Shown: one piece after another, positions 23,057 to 34,565 of the stretch
Layout: each line of letters begins with the position of its first letter
Position numbering within the stretch: position 1 is the stretch's first letter
NCBI GenBank assembly: GCA_963779615.1
Contig: CAVZZA010000003.1
Location: 832,001-896,000, forward strand
Length of the DNA stretch: 64,000 nt
From: an uncultured Nitrososphaeraceae archaeon
GTDB lineage: Archaea > Thermoproteota > Nitrososphaeria > Nitrososphaerales > Nitrososphaeraceae
Reading direction: 5' to 3'
Made by a program: the position numbers and the translations under genes
The notes under the pieces: generated by a model
Databases searched by the model: none
Seen by the model: the letters and a program-made list of their open reading frames with translations, nothing else
Told to the model about the DNA's origin: nothing

Positions 23057-23440
23057 TAATTGCAGACATCAAAAAAAACATACTCTCAATAGTTTTATAA
23101 TATTATGAAATGTTCTTTTTTTCAGAATATGGAAATTTACCGATTCAAATAGACGTTAGCCACTTTTTGACAGATCAAAACCTATCGATGTATTAATTGA
23201 CCAGAACACAATTTTTTACAGGCTCGAATCATCACTATAAGATAAAAAGCGGAATAAGATGAAATGATAAACATGACCACAATGCTCACAAAATATTTTA
23301 AATTGTAATTAATAACAATAACAACATATTTAACAAGCCATTGTAAAGACATCTTTATTTCTAAAAACAGAAAAATACCAAAATAGGTGATTAATCAATA
23401 AATTTTTTTTGCATAATTGGAATAAAAACAGATTCAAGAC

Positions 23441-23572
23441 TGCTTTGTTGCATGATTCAATCAGTTAAAACTATGCCACCCTATTAGCAATTCCCATTAA
23501 ATTATGACTATTTACTCTGGATAATAACCAAAACGCTGACAAAAAACGATTTACAATCATGCAACAAAGCAC
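23441..23572. mobile_element. MITE family 1 copy A (132 bp)
   Basis: 17-bp TIRs TGCTTTGTTGCATGATT/AATCATGCAACAAAGCA. Flanks TTCAAGAC/TTTAAGAC form a near-perfect 8-bp TSD. Internally homologous to the reverse complement of 48211-48350. Confidence 0.88.
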
Positions 23573-23629
23573 TTTAAGACTGTTAGTCCACATTTACACT
23601 CCCTTCCATTGCCTTCACGTCGCAGATTA

Positions 23630-23770
23630 AATCTCTTGCATAATCAGCACCATTAATATTTTGAAAAAAATTGCTGTTTGCCAATTGCGATACGCAGTTT
23701 TAAAAAAATCTTTTGAATAACCGTTGAAAAAAAAATTGTTAATTTTGATATGCATGTAATTATAGAGATT
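23630..23770 (+). mobile_element. MITE family 2 copy B
   Basis: Left end AATCTCTTGCATAAT is identical to the IS end at 36338. Degenerate right end AATTATAGAGATT. Core shared with the 17727 copy. Confidence 0.7.
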
Positions 23771-23963
23771 TGTTGATTAAACCAAAACATTAACAAATAA
23801 AATCACTGCAGTTATGGGGATAAAAGAGAAAGAAAAGAACATCCCATCAATACTGCAATAGCAGAAGGTTCAACAATCAATATCACACCGCAAAATCATA
23901 AATCTTGAAAAATATGATATATCCGATTACAATAATTAAATAACCAAAACAATAATATAAATT

Positions 23964-24395
23964 ATGCAAAAGTCAAGAAAAATAGCTGCAGAAATATTAG
24001 TATCCATTGCATTTATTTTATTAGCTGCCTATATAGCCGATGCCGCAATAGCAATGCTAAACAATTCAGAAGGGTTTTTGCCCCTTTCAGCAAAAGACAG
24101 AGGAATGATCTTTGGAGGAGGTTCGATACTTCTCTTTTTCCTATCATACGGTATCGGATTTAACATTAAATCCAGGATTTTAACTGCATTGTTGATTATT
24201 GGAGGCGCATTGATGGGCACATCAATAATATTTTCATCTTTTATAATACCCGGAGATTCATTTCCGACATCTAATTTAAATTCAACATCAAACAATTCAA
24301 CTAATCAAGCAATATCACCACAATTCCTTGGAATCATAATAATAGGATATATAATAATGGGGTTAGGAATACTAAGAGTAATAAGAAAAAAATAA
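23964..24395 (+). CDS. Four-TM membrane protein
   Basis: 143 aa with four hydrophobic segments and a GFLPLSAKDRGMIFGGG loop. Confidence 0.75.
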   Translation: MQKSRKIAAEILVSIAFILLAAYIADAAIAMLNNSEGFLPLSAKDRGMIFGGGSILLFFLSYGIGFNIKSRILTALLIIGGALMGTSIIFSSFIIPGDSFPTSNLNSTSNNSTNQAISPQFLGIIIIGYIIMGLGILRVIRKK

Positions 24396-24771
24396 ATTAA
24401 ACATACATTAATTTTATATTTTTTCATCATCAAAACAACAAGTCTTGTAGGTGAGTTTTTTTTTTGTTTGTTTATAATGATGGGTAATCTTCAATGATAA
24501 TAACGTCTGGCGGATTTTCCATTAGAATTCCGTCCATCATTCGCTATAAATTATTAGATACTGTTAAACTAAAACCATACTTTTCCAATTCATCCATTGT
24601 TTGTAATTTTCCATAACAAATCAAATTATGTAAAAATAAAACTAAAAGGTCCAAAAATAAATATTTTGACAAACATCGTGAAACTTTTAATTAGGCTAAC
24701 AAAAAAGGAGTTTTCGCAGATGATTGTAGGTTACATTAAAGATTATTACGTTCTTTAATAAATTACAATTA

Positions 24772-25944
24772 TTGGAAACTATCTTGGTCAAAGGTCCAGG
24801 ACTTTTAAAGATTAGAGGAGAGTGTGAAATATTGGGAGTAAAGTTTACAAATACTTTTATTTTATACAATAATAACAAATATCTTCCAATTGAAAAAGGC
24901 AAGGATTCAATAATAACCTTAAAAAAAAATTCACGTTGCATCTTTCCAAAAAGAACCACAGAACAAGATCAGTCCAAAATTGGGACAAAAATGTGGGACA
25001 ATATTATAAGGTCAATCGTAAAATCAAATAGAAAAAGAATAATAATCATTGGTCCTTCAGATGCAGGAAAATCCACATTAACCTTATTTATAGCAAACAA
25101 ATTGATAAGCAAAGGTTTAAGGCCAGTCATAATAGATTCAGATATTGGTCAAGGAGAATTATCGCCTCCAACCTGCATTGGAGCAGCAATAATATCAAAG
25201 CAGACGATAGACCTTGCAGAAGTTAATCCTGATTACATTAATTTCATAGGGCACATACAACCAATAGGGTATGAATCAAGAATAATAAATTGCATAAAAA
25301 GATCATATGATAAATTAAACAAAAATAATAACATAACTCTAATTAACACAGATGGCTATATGGGCCAGAATGAAAACAACTACAAAATAGATCTAATAGA
25401 AAAGATAGGACCAGACTGTATTGTTTGCATGGGAGAAAATAGACATATTAATGACTTTTTTAAGACAATAAAAGAAAAATATTCGAATAACCCAAACATA
25501 CAAATACTACAAGGACAGGCACCATACAAAGAAATTCAAAAATCTGTTTATGATAGAAGAGATAAAAGGTTACTAAAATACTCCAAACTCTTTAAAACAT
25601 TCCTCAATAAGGTAATTATTTCTAAAAAAAAAATAAATGCCATATACTACAAAGACAAATTTTTTTTATTAAATATCATGTCTCATATTGATAAGGCCAA
25701 TAAAGTGGAAACAAACAGCAAAAGAATTCAAGATTTGATAAGCAATAAAATTTTTATGCAAGATCGCTTTGTGGGTCTTTCATTAGAAGCAGATTATGAG
25801 AAAATTATAGGTTTTGGCACATTAAAAGATTTTAACCACGACTTTTTTTCAATTCAAGCATCTGTAAATAAATTTGACTATATTTTCATGAGCGATATAA
25901 AACTATATTACAATAACAGTCCGTTATATTACCATAAAATATAA
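24772..25944 (+). CDS. Clp1/Grc3-like polynucleotide 5'-kinase family P-loop protein
   Basis: GPSDAGKST Walker A, DSDIGQGELSPP and INTDGY are Clp1/Nol9-type motifs. Confidence 0.8.
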   Translation: METILVKGPGLLKIRGECEILGVKFTNTFILYNNNKYLPIEKGKDSIITLKKNSRCIFPKRTTEQDQSKIGTKMWDNIIRSIVKSNRKRIIIIGPSDAGKSTLTLFIANKLISKGLRPVIIDSDIGQGELSPPTCIGAAIISKQTIDLAEVNPDYINFIGHIQPIGYESRIINCIKRSYDKLNKNNNITLINTDGYMGQNENNYKIDLIEKIGPDCIVCMGENRHINDFFKTIKEKYSNNPNIQILQGQAPYKEIQKSVYDRRDKRLLKYSKLFKTFLNKVIISKKKINAIYYKDKFFLLNIMSHIDKANKVETNSKRIQDLISNKIFMQDRFVGLSLEADYEKIIGFGTLKDFNHDFFSIQASVNKFDYIFMSDIKLYYNNSPLYYHKI

Positions 25945-26284
25945 ACAATGCATATCATCAGCAATAAAATTAAATTTATTCAAACTCTAATAAAAATTAT
26001 TGACAGGCACAGGTAATAGAAAAAGCGAGGTAATTGAAAATAATATTTGCATTGTTTGTAAAAGCAATCTAACAAAAGAGAATACAAGAGTAAAAGAAAA
26101 CCAAAAATACGCAAAATATAGAAAAGTAGTATGTTCAAGTTGTTTTAAAGATTATTATCCAACCAACTAAATAACCATTCTAAGGTTATTCTAAGATGGA
26201 TCACTTTAATTATTAAAAATATTGTGTAAAGAGATCTCCTCACTATTAGGTTCACATTTTAAAAGTATTTGAAAATAATCATTA

Positions 26285-27322
26285 GATCTCTTGCATAATT
26301 AGAAACAGTATACCGCATCAGCATGGCAATGACTGATGCCCATCTAAAAAGACGATAATATTCTGTAGTTTACCAGCCCCTGATGCTATATCGGATATCT
26401 TGTCATAATTTCTCAACCTGTTTCTGAAGATATCGCTCACTATCCTGTACTTTTTCATCCTGCAAATGGTGTGCTCCATCACCATCCTTTTTCTGGAGTG
26501 ATTCTGGTTGCACTCTTTTTCCTCTTGAGACAACTCATTTTGGTTCCTCTTATTTTTGTTTGACAGGTATGACGTTTGGTCAGGAAAGTCTTTCTCAACT
26601 CCAAGATATCCGAGATCAAAAACATTAACGGCATCTTTTGGAGTTACCGGGTGATTCTTTTTATAGATGCTATAGTCGTGTCTGTGTCCTTTCTTGTCTT
26701 TTGTTTTATGGATAATAACACCGAAGTTGTTAACCATGAGATGTGTCTTTACGGTATGCCTTTTCTTCTTGCCTGAATAATACGCCTTCCTTCTCCTCCT
26801 GTTTTCAGGCCTTGGTATCTGCTGTTCTGTGCAATCAGTGAAGAAATAAAGCCAGGAAAGTACCTTTCAACCTCTCTTGTGTGCGCAGATTTTTGGTTGT
26901 TTTGTGCATATTTTAAGGAATTGGCGCACACCTCTTACCAGAGACAATCTTTTGGATGTCCCTACAGATGTTGCTTTGGTCCAAGTCAAACTAAAAGCCG
27001 GCCAACGTTAGGTTATGCAAAGACGGCAGTAGACCAAAAGCATCAGAAACCTGTTCTTCACATCCATCTTGAGGCGTCGCCCAGCACCCATGGATCGTTT
27101 CCTACTATCATTTCTTTGGGATAATCGCCTGATCTCATGCCTGCCGTATCTTTTTGATATCCCCTTACCGTAAATGTCATCAAACCCCTTTACTGTCAGG
27201 CCGGTGAATTACTTGAAAAGCAGTGGTTTTCTGGACAACCTGTTATACGAGAGCAAAGCAAGGACAGGGAATTAATGAATTTATGGTCATATAGCTGTTT
27301 AGTGGCAATTACGCAAGAAATC
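26285..27322 (-). mobile_element. Degenerate IS5-family (ISL2-like, HTH_Tnp_4 + DDE_Tnp_4 type) element
   Basis: Ends GATCTCTTGCATAATT and AATTACGCAAGAAATC. Broken transposase frames (LFKxFTGLTV, RFLMLLVY, VFDLGYLG, EHTICRMKK). Paralogous to 36338-37506. Confidence 0.85.
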
Positions 27323-27404
27323 TCTGGCATAATCTGCGTAGTTTAATGATGACAATTTAGCAGATAAAAATAATAGGAATAATTGTCCAAAACAGATAGG
27401 TTAT

Positions 27405-27717
27405 GGGGTAGCCTACTAGTACCAACACGAATAAAAGGTCCCATCTCACATCTTACCAAATCCACCACGTAGACGCAACAGCATGGCTGAGCTGCCTTAG
27501 GGTTGCTCCCTCCCGGACCTCACCCATTTCGGCAATACACAGTCAAGTCCACACCTTCATGTGGTTTGCTGTTCATAGCCATCCGATACGGCATGGTTTC
27601 ATGCTGGCCAGATAAGCGGGTTCCTCCCACTCATGAATTTACCTAGTAGTTGCTGATCTCAACATGAAGCCGATTTCTGATTTGGGGCACGGCTAGCACC
27701 CCGATCCTACCTACCCC
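27405..27717 (-). ncRNA. ffs: Archaeal SRP (7S) RNA
   Basis: About 313 nt and GC-rich. The termini pair (GGGGTAG/CTACCCC). Contains the helix-8 motif GGGTGAGGTCC-GGGA-GGGAGCAACCC and an Alu-like 5' domain. Confidence 0.9.
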
Positions 27718-27852
27718 AAATATACCACTGATAAATGCAAATATAATTTTATTGGAAAAGTTATTCGGAAAAATCAAGATAAAAACAGTATGATTTTAGA
27801 GCAATAAAATTAAAAAACTTTGCAAAAAAAAAATATACAAAAGAGATGTGGA

Positions 27853-29523
27853 TCACATCATGCCATCCATTCCACCTGGTGGCATACCACCCATTCCTCC
27901 TGGTGGCATACCTCCACCTCCGGCTGATTTACTTGATGCAATAACATCATCAATCCTCAAAATCATCGAAGCAACTTCTGTAGCCGATTTAATGATTTGC
28001 TCTTTTACCGACAATGGTTCAACAATATCTTGTTCAGCCATGTCAGCAATCCGTGAATTACGAGCATCTATACCAGACCATGTGGATCCCTTACTCTGCC
28101 TTGATCTCAATTCAGTCATTGTATCAATCGAATCCATGCCTGCATTTTCAGCCAATGTTAAAGGAATGACCTCCAATGACTCGGCAAATTTTTCTGCTGC
28201 AAGTTGTTCTCGGCCTGACAAAGTATTTGTCCATTCTTTCAGCTTATTTGAGACATAGGCCTCAGGGGATCCACCTCCGGCAACGATCAATGGTTTTTCC
28301 AATACATCTTTTGTTACCATTAGGGCGTCATGAACTGAACGATCAGCCTCATCAACTACCCTTTGAGAACCACCGCGGATAAGAATTGTAACAGCTTTTG
28401 GGTTTTTACAGCCCTCTATGAATACCCATTTGTCTGTTTCAACTTTTCGTTCTTCGACCAGATCGCTGACACCCAAATCTTTGGATGTCATATCATCAAG
28501 ATTGTTAATCACACGGGCTCCTGTGGCTCTGGCCAGTTTTGTCATATCACTTTCTTTTACACGGCGGACGGTCAGAATTGAGGATTTTGCTAAATAATGT
28601 TGTGCAATGTCATCAATGCCTTTTTGGCAGATCACTACATTTGCACCCGCAGCAGTTATCTTATCCACCATTGATTTTAACATGGTGTTTTCTTCATCAA
28701 GGAATCTTTTCATTTGATCTGGTGAAGTTATATTCAATTTAGCATCAAACTCGGTTTTTTCAATTTCCAATGCAGAGGTGATTAATGCTATTTTTGCATT
28801 CTCAACACGTTTTGGCATTCCACCATGCACAACTTCTTTATCCAAAACCATACCTTTTATTAATTGAGTATCCTTAATAGAACCACCTGCTTTCTTTTCA
28901 ACTTTAATGTCATCCAAATCAACTCTTGTAGAACCATTATGCGTTTCTGCCACTTGTTGTGCAGCAGTAACTACAATATTAGCTAAATCAACAGAATCTT
29001 TAGAAACCAATTTGGTTTGCATAGAAGTTCTAGCTATTTTCATCAATTGGCCTTTTTCACCAGCATTTACCTTCATTGCAATACTGTTCAAAATTTCAAT
29101 TGCCTTAAAAGCACTCTTTCTATACCCATCTACAATAACAGTAGGATGAACATTTTTTGCAATTAACTCCTCTGCTCTTTCAATCAAAGAGCCTGCTAAA
29201 ACCACTACAGATGTAGTCCCATCACCTACCTCGTTATCAGTTGCTTTACTTATTTCCACCATCATTTTTGCGGCAGGATGTTGAACATCTATCTCCTTTA
29301 GAATGGTTGCCCCATCATTAGTTATAGTTACATCGCCTAACGAATCGACAAGCATTTTATCCATTCCTCTGGGGCCTAAACTTGTTCTAACTATTTCTGC
29401 AACTGTTTTTGCAGCAGTAAAATTATTTTTTTGAGCTTCCTTACCTTTGGTCTCACTAGACCCTTCTTTCAATATTAAAACCGGCATACCGCCAGCTGAA
29501 CCTTGTTGAATTGACACTTCCAC
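27853..29523 (-). CDS. ths: Thermosome (group II chaperonin) subunit
   Basis: [23 protein letters not shown] and a GGM tail. Confidence 0.97.
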   Translation of the reverse strand: MEVSIQQGSAGGMPVLILKEGSSETKGKEAQKNNFTAAKTVAEIVRTSLGPRGMDKMLVDSLGDVTITNDGATILKEIDVQHPAAKMMVEISKATDNEVGDGTTSVVVLAGSLIERAEELIAKNVHPTVIVDGYRKSAFKAIEILNSIAMKVNAGEKGQLMKIARTSMQTKLVSKDSVDLANIVVTAAQQVAETHNGSTRVDLDDIKVEKKAGGSIKDTQLIKGMVLDKEVVHGGMPKRVENAKIALITSALEIEKTEFDAKLNITSPDQMKRFLDEENTMLKSMVDKITAAGANVVICQKGIDDIAQHYLAKSSILTVRRVKESDMTKLARATGARVINNLDDMTSKDLGVSDLVEERKVETDKWVFIEGCKNPKAVTILIRGGSQRVVDEADRSVHDALMVTKDVLEKPLIVAGGGSPEAYVSNKLKEWTNTLSGREQLAAEKFAESLEVIPLTLAENAGMDSIDTMTELRSRQSKGSTWSGIDARNSRIADMAEQDIVEPLSVKEQIIKSATEVASMILRIDDVIASSKSAGGGGMPPGGMGGMPPGGMDGMM

Positions 29524-29637
29524 TATTCACCTTAAAATTATAATAAAGTTGAGGTATTTGGTATATTAAACTTACTTATGAAAAAGGATTAAAAATGAAT
29601 ATGATGGTTGAGGTAAAATAAAGAAAATAAAAAATCG

Positions 29638-30120
29638 CTATTCAAATAATGCATCGTATTTTCCTGCTGATACATCTGCATATAATTCTTTAGCAACTTT
29701 ATCTTCAACTTTTATACCCAAACTTAAACAAGAACCGATTATTTCTTTAGCAATAGACTTTACATCTGGGGCATACGAAACATCTAATTTCATTTTAGAT
29801 ATTTTAACAATACTCTGCATAGAGATATTTCCAACAAAATTGGTTCCAGCAGTGCCTGAGCCCTTGTTTATACCAGATTCTTTAAAAATAAGTGCAGCAG
29901 TTGGCGGAACACCAACTTCTACAGAAAATTTTTTGGTTTCGGGGTCAACTTCAACTTTGACAGGTACTTTCATTCCAGGAAAATCTTTGGTTTTTTCATT
30001 AATGGTATTAACAACCTGCAAAATATTAATACCAAGCGGCCCAAGAGCGGGTCCCAATGGTGGGCCTGCACTAGCTTCTCCTCCACTCACTAAAGCATTT
30101 ACAACTTTTTTTTCGCTCAT
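29638..30120 (-). CDS. rpl11: 50S ribosomal protein uL11
   Basis: GGEASAGPPLGPALGPLG motif. Confidence 0.97.
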   Translation of the reverse strand: MSEKKVVNALVSGGEASAGPPLGPALGPLGINILQVVNTINEKTKDFPGMKVPVKVEVDPETKKFSVEVGVPPTAALIFKESGINKGSGTAGTNFVGNISMQSIVKISKMKLDVSYAPDVKSIAKEIIGSCLSLGIKVEDKVAKELYADVSAGKYDALFE

Positions 30121-30162
30121 AAACTATAATCTAACGTACTAATATAAAATCCACTTATATTC

Positions 30163-30945
30163 TTATAAAATTTTTTTTAAATAATTAGCATCAACTGTTA
30201 CAGGAATTTGATATGGTGAATCTAACAAAACTACAGTTGCCTCCTGCTTCTCATAATCCACCCTCATTATTTTAGCTTTCATAGATTTAAAAGGACCAGC
30301 TATGATTTCGACAGTATCATCTATCACTAACTCCGTTACTACAGGTTTCTTTATCAAATATCCTTCAAGATCTTTAAATGGCAACTCCCCTCTGATCTGA
30401 CCTCTTATATGACGTATACCATGTAGGGCTTCATATGCAATATTGGAATCTAAAGCTTCAACTATAACATAACCTTTAAAACTTTCAAGAAATAAAATCG
30501 AATAAATCCCCTCAATCTTTTTAGAAGACAATCTGCTCTGAAGCATAGAAGCTATTAAACTTTCTTGACCTCCAGAAACCCGGACAACAAAAAACTTAGA
30601 ATCCAAATCGTCATCATCGGTGTCGGTAATAACTTTAGTATTTTTTTCTATTCCCGACGATTCACCTTCAACATCATCTTTGCCTGATTTTTTTTTATTG
30701 TCTTGTTTGTTTTTTTTCCCCTTTTTGGATCCTTCTTGCGAAATAGAGATCGTTTTACGGTCAATCTTATTTTTGGAATTGTTTCCACGATTTATATCCA
30801 CAATACCAATACCAGCATCGATGTCGTCAACATTCACACTTTTATCATCACCATCATCATCATCGGAATCAACATCCAATAGTTTTATGTCTACATCGTC
30901 ATCATCAGTGAGCTTTTTTGGCATATTATTAAAATCATTAAACAT
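30163..30945 (-). CDS. spt5: Transcription elongation factor Spt5 with a long acidic N-terminal extension
   Basis: C-terminal ~145 aa hold the NGN domain (FFVVRVSGGQE, KGYVIVEA) and KOW (VEIIAGPFK). Adjacent to rpl11. Confidence 0.93.
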   Translation of the reverse strand: MFNDFNNMPKKLTDDDDVDIKLLDVDSDDDDGDDKSVNVDDIDAGIGIVDINRGNNSKNKIDRKTISISQEGSKKGKKNKQDNKKKSGKDDVEGESSGIEKNTKVITDTDDDDLDSKFFVVRVSGGQESLIASMLQSRLSSKKIEGIYSILFLESFKGYVIVEALDSNIAYEALHGIRHIRGQIRGELPFKDLEGYLIKKPVVTELVIDDTVEIIAGPFKSMKAKIMRVDYEKQEATVVLLDSPYQIPVTVDANYLKKIL

Positions 30946-31044
30946 AGATATTTGGAATTTATAAGTTTATAATGTCAAATCTAAAAAATAACGTTTTAAT
31001 TTGTGATAAAGGATAAATTAAACAAATTTTGACATTAATTTTTA

Positions 31045-31920
31045 TTGATAAATAACTTTACACTAGTAACATCCAGGAAGGACCCAGCAAGTATTACGAT
31101 GAGAAATTACCTGATGGAGGATGAAAAATTTGAAATAACCAATTGCCATATTCAAAAAAATCAGAACAATAACAATTATTTAGATGGAGATTATACAGTA
31201 TGTAATTCTTCAAAACATTCAAACACTAATTTAATTATTACTGACCAAAGTTTAATCAATTTTGATAATTTTAATTCCAAAATACCAAAAGATCATTTAA
31301 TAATATTTTTATCCAAACATGAATCTAAAAGCAAAAAAGCCACCTTAACATCTCACAGCACCGGAAATTTTTCAGACATTGTTTTAATGGGTGGGAAACC
31401 AATGGAAATTGGAAACACCTTTCCTTCGTTTCAAAAATACTATATGAAGAAATTGTATGAAAATAGAAATGAACTTTTAAACTTTGATTTGACAATTGAA
31501 GCTACCCATCACGGACCAACTTCATTATTGAATCCAGTGTTATTCATAGAAATTGGCTCATCAGAAGATGAATGGAATGACAAATCTACTGCGTCAATAG
31601 TTTGTAAGAGCATTTTAGACACAATAAAGAACATCAATATAAATATAAACAATAATTACACAGATATAGGAATAGGAATAGGAGGAAACCACTATCCACA
31701 AAAATTTAATGATCTAATAGTGTATTCCAATGTGGCATTTGGACCAATCATTAGCAAATACAATCTTCCCTTTATTAATGAAAGGATTATGAGTCAAATT
31801 AAAGAAAAAAGCATAGAGAAAATAGATATGGCATATATTGATAAAAAAGGGATAGGTCAAGAAAAAGAAAAAATTCTAAATATTCTAAGTTCTCAGGAAT
31901 TAGAGATCGTCTTTATTTAA
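31045..31920 (+). CDS. dtdA: D-aminoacyl-tRNA deacylase (DTD2)
   Basis: SKHES, LTSHSTGNF, EATHHGPT, FIEIGS and GIGGNHY motifs. Confidence 0.92.
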   Translation: MINNFTLVTSRKDPASITMRNYLMEDEKFEITNCHIQKNQNNNNYLDGDYTVCNSSKHSNTNLIITDQSLINFDNFNSKIPKDHLIIFLSKHESKSKKATLTSHSTGNFSDIVLMGGKPMEIGNTFPSFQKYYMKKLYENRNELLNFDLTIEATHHGPTSLLNPVLFIEIGSSEDEWNDKSTASIVCKSILDTIKNINININNNYTDIGIGIGGNHYPQKFNDLIVYSNVAFGPIISKYNLPFINERIMSQIKEKSIEKIDMAYIDKKGIGQEKEKILNILSSQELEIVFI

Positions 31921-32024
31921 AATTCTGATCGACCCCATAAATAAATTCACTAGTTTTCTGCACAAATAAAATCAATTCCATAAATTTAAAAGAATAACAA
32001 AAACCAACAAAAGTTAGTGGAAAA

Positions 32025-32438
32025 ATGATCCATAACAAAACAATAGTTGTAACTTCCATTATCGGAAATGAAAACAACATATTGATCTTAAAAAGAAGTA
32101 AAAAGGTAAAAAGCTTCAAACATAAATGGGGAGGAGTTAGTGGTTATTTTGAAAAAAATGAAGATTTACTATCAAGAGCTCTGATTGAAATTTATGAAGA
32201 AACCAAAATAAACAAAGAAAATTTGACCCTAATGAAGATATTAAAACAAATGACGATAGAAATAGAAAAAGAAAGATCAATAATAATCCAGCCTTTCTAT
32301 TTTTATTCAAAATCTAAAAATATTTCTATGAACTGGGAACATAGTGAACACAGGTGGATTACGAAAAATCAAATAAATAATTATGAAACCGTACCAAACT
32401 TAACACAATTACTACATGAATGTTTTTTAATAAAATAA
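32025..32438 (+). CDS. NUDIX hydrolase
   Basis: WGGVSGYFE...ALIEIYEET Nudix-like box and NWEHSEHRW. Confidence 0.85.
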   Translation: MIHNKTIVVTSIIGNENNILILKRSKKVKSFKHKWGGVSGYFEKNEDLLSRALIEIYEETKINKENLTLMKILKQMTIEIEKERSIIIQPFYFYSKSKNISMNWEHSEHRWITKNQINNYETVPNLTQLLHECFLIK

Positions 32439-32805
32439 AACATAAATAGCAATGCCACGATTATTTTTAAAAATAGATAATTTAAAAGTTTTAATTATAA
32501 AAAAATACAGACTATAAAAAATATAGCAGGAATAAAATCAATATGAACCAAGAGCTGCAAAACATTGAATAATGCCCTTGGAAATTAACACCTGGAATTT
32601 GTAAAAATATAAGAAAAATAGTCGATCTTGAACCATGAGCACAGATCACTAAACAAAAGCAAAACCCAACAAGAATCCCTCACATAATAATAAATACAAA
32701 TTGAGATACAGGAGATTATAAACCCGGCAAATTTAAGAAATATTACATATGGAGAGAATTAAAGATTTAAAAAAATAATATATGCAATAAAAGAAGAAAT
32801 AATGA

Positions 32806-33250
32806 TTAATGTGTTCTAGTAACTTTAATTAATTCCCTTAAATGAGATAAGGATCGTACCTGTGCACCATTTACCTTTTTATAAAGACTCCAGAATTGCT
32901 CATTTGTAAGGTCTTTTCTTTCTTTCAATATCTTCAAATGACGTCTCATAGACCGTACTTTTATGACATAAACTTCTTTTTTACCCACTCTAGCAGTTTT
33001 TTTTCCCTTTTTTGAACCCTGACCTGTACCATGTTTCTTTTTTATTTGCAATTTTGCCCTTGTTCTTCCTCTTGAAGTTCCTTTGACCTTAGAGGTCCAA
33101 ATAGATCCATTTTTTACTAAGGATCTAATATTTTCGCGGGTAATTGAATCAGCAACATCATCCAATTTATCCGGTTCAAATCTAACACGATTAACACCTA
33201 CCCCAAGGATTCTGGAGACTAACTCCCTTTTCTTACGAATGTTGACAACC
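32806..33250 (-). CDS. rpl19e: 50S ribosomal protein eL19
   Basis: GVGVNRV, ITRENIR and GSKKGKKTAR motifs. Likely start MVVNIR. Confidence 0.95.
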
Positions 33251-33263
33251 ATAATTATCGCCA

Positions 33264-33698
33264 CTATTGCTCTTTTTTATCGGAGTTTTTTATGTCTGAT
33301 GAAGATCCTTTTGACTGGGCTTTTTTTCCATTAAGCAATTTAATTCCGAGAGACTCTGCCTTTGCAATAATATCTAATCGCTTTTTATTTCCCACGGTAT
33401 GCGCAATACGAGCAGCATCCCTATTTTTATCCAGTGCAGATAAATCGTTAACATTGTAAACCAAATTATCTACAAAACCTGACGGATGTAACCCACGAGC
33501 AAGTTTTGGGCCACCATAACCTATCTTAACCAAAGCTGGATATCCTGAGAATTGTTTACGCATTTTATTATCTATACCGTCCGGTTTTCTCCAGGTGGCA
33601 GCTAACCTTTTATACCTCCAGCTTTCTTGCCGTTTAAATTTAGGACGTCTATCGGAAATCTTTTTACGTTGTTCAAGAAGCTCGTTGTTGATTACCAT
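33264..33698 (-). CDS. rpl32e: 50S ribosomal protein eL32
   Basis: RPKFKRQESWRYKRL, WRKPDGIDNKMR and RGLHPSG motifs. Confidence 0.96.
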   Translation of the reverse strand: MVINNELLEQRKKISDRRPKFKRQESWRYKRLAATWRKPDGIDNKMRKQFSGYPALVKIGYGGPKLARGLHPSGFVDNLVYNVNDLSALDKNRDAARIAHTVGNKKRLDIIAKAESLGIKLLNGKKAQSKGSSSDIKNSDKKEQ

Positions 33699-33894
33699 TA
33701 TATACCGTTTTATTTTTCCATGAATAAATAAATATGTTTCCTACACCATATCATATATTAAACGAGACAATCATAAGAAAATATCTCGATAAGAAAATGT
33801 TCAAAACTAAAGTAAACAATTAAATAAAAAAGATAAAATTGAGAAAAAAAGGACAAGGAAAAGGATAAAAGGTTTTGATAATAATTATAATCAA

Positions 33895-34518
33895 ATGAAC
33901 AAATATGAATTACCACCTGTTCCATATAGCTATGACGCACTAGAACCCCACATTGATGCAAAAACTATGGAAATCCACCATACAAAGCACCACCAAACAT
34001 ACACTAACAATCTTAATGCAGCTATTGAAAAATGCTCACAAGAAATTCAAAATAAGGACATAACAGAGATTTTATCTAACCTTGATCAAGTCCCAAGCGA
34101 AGTTAGAGGAGCAATTAATTTTAATGGCGGAGGATTTGACAATCACAGAATATTTTGGAATAATTTATCTCCAAATGGAGGTGGAGAACCGAAGGGTTCA
34201 ATTGCCGATGCAATAAATAAATCGTTTGAAAGCTTTGCAAATTTTAAGGAAAAATTTACATCCAGTACAATAGCGATTCAAGGCAGTGGTTGGGGATGGC
34301 TTGTATATAACACCTCAAGCAAAAAAGTAGAATACAAATCAATGCCAAATCAGACAAGTCCTAGAACAGAAGGATTAGTTCCTCTTTTAGGCTGTGATGT
34401 ATGGGAACATGCATATTACCTGAAGTATCAGAACAAAAGGCCAGACTATGTTAATGCATGGTGGAATATCGTAAATTGGACTGACGTAAGCAACAGATTT
34501 GATGAAGTAAAAAGTTAA
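33895..34518 (+). CDS. sod: Fe/Mn superoxide dismutase
   Basis: HHTKHHQTY and DVWEHAYY signatures. Confidence 0.96.
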   Translation: MNKYELPPVPYSYDALEPHIDAKTMEIHHTKHHQTYTNNLNAAIEKCSQEIQNKDITEILSNLDQVPSEVRGAINFNGGGFDNHRIFWNNLSPNGGGEPKGSIADAINKSFESFANFKEKFTSSTIAIQGSGWGWLVYNTSSKKVEYKSMPNQTSPRTEGLVPLLGCDVWEHAYYLKYQNKRPDYVNAWWNIVNWTDVSNRFDEVKS

Positions 34519-34565
34519 TCAATTCATCTATTTTTTAAAACTTTTACAATCGAACATTCAATTAA

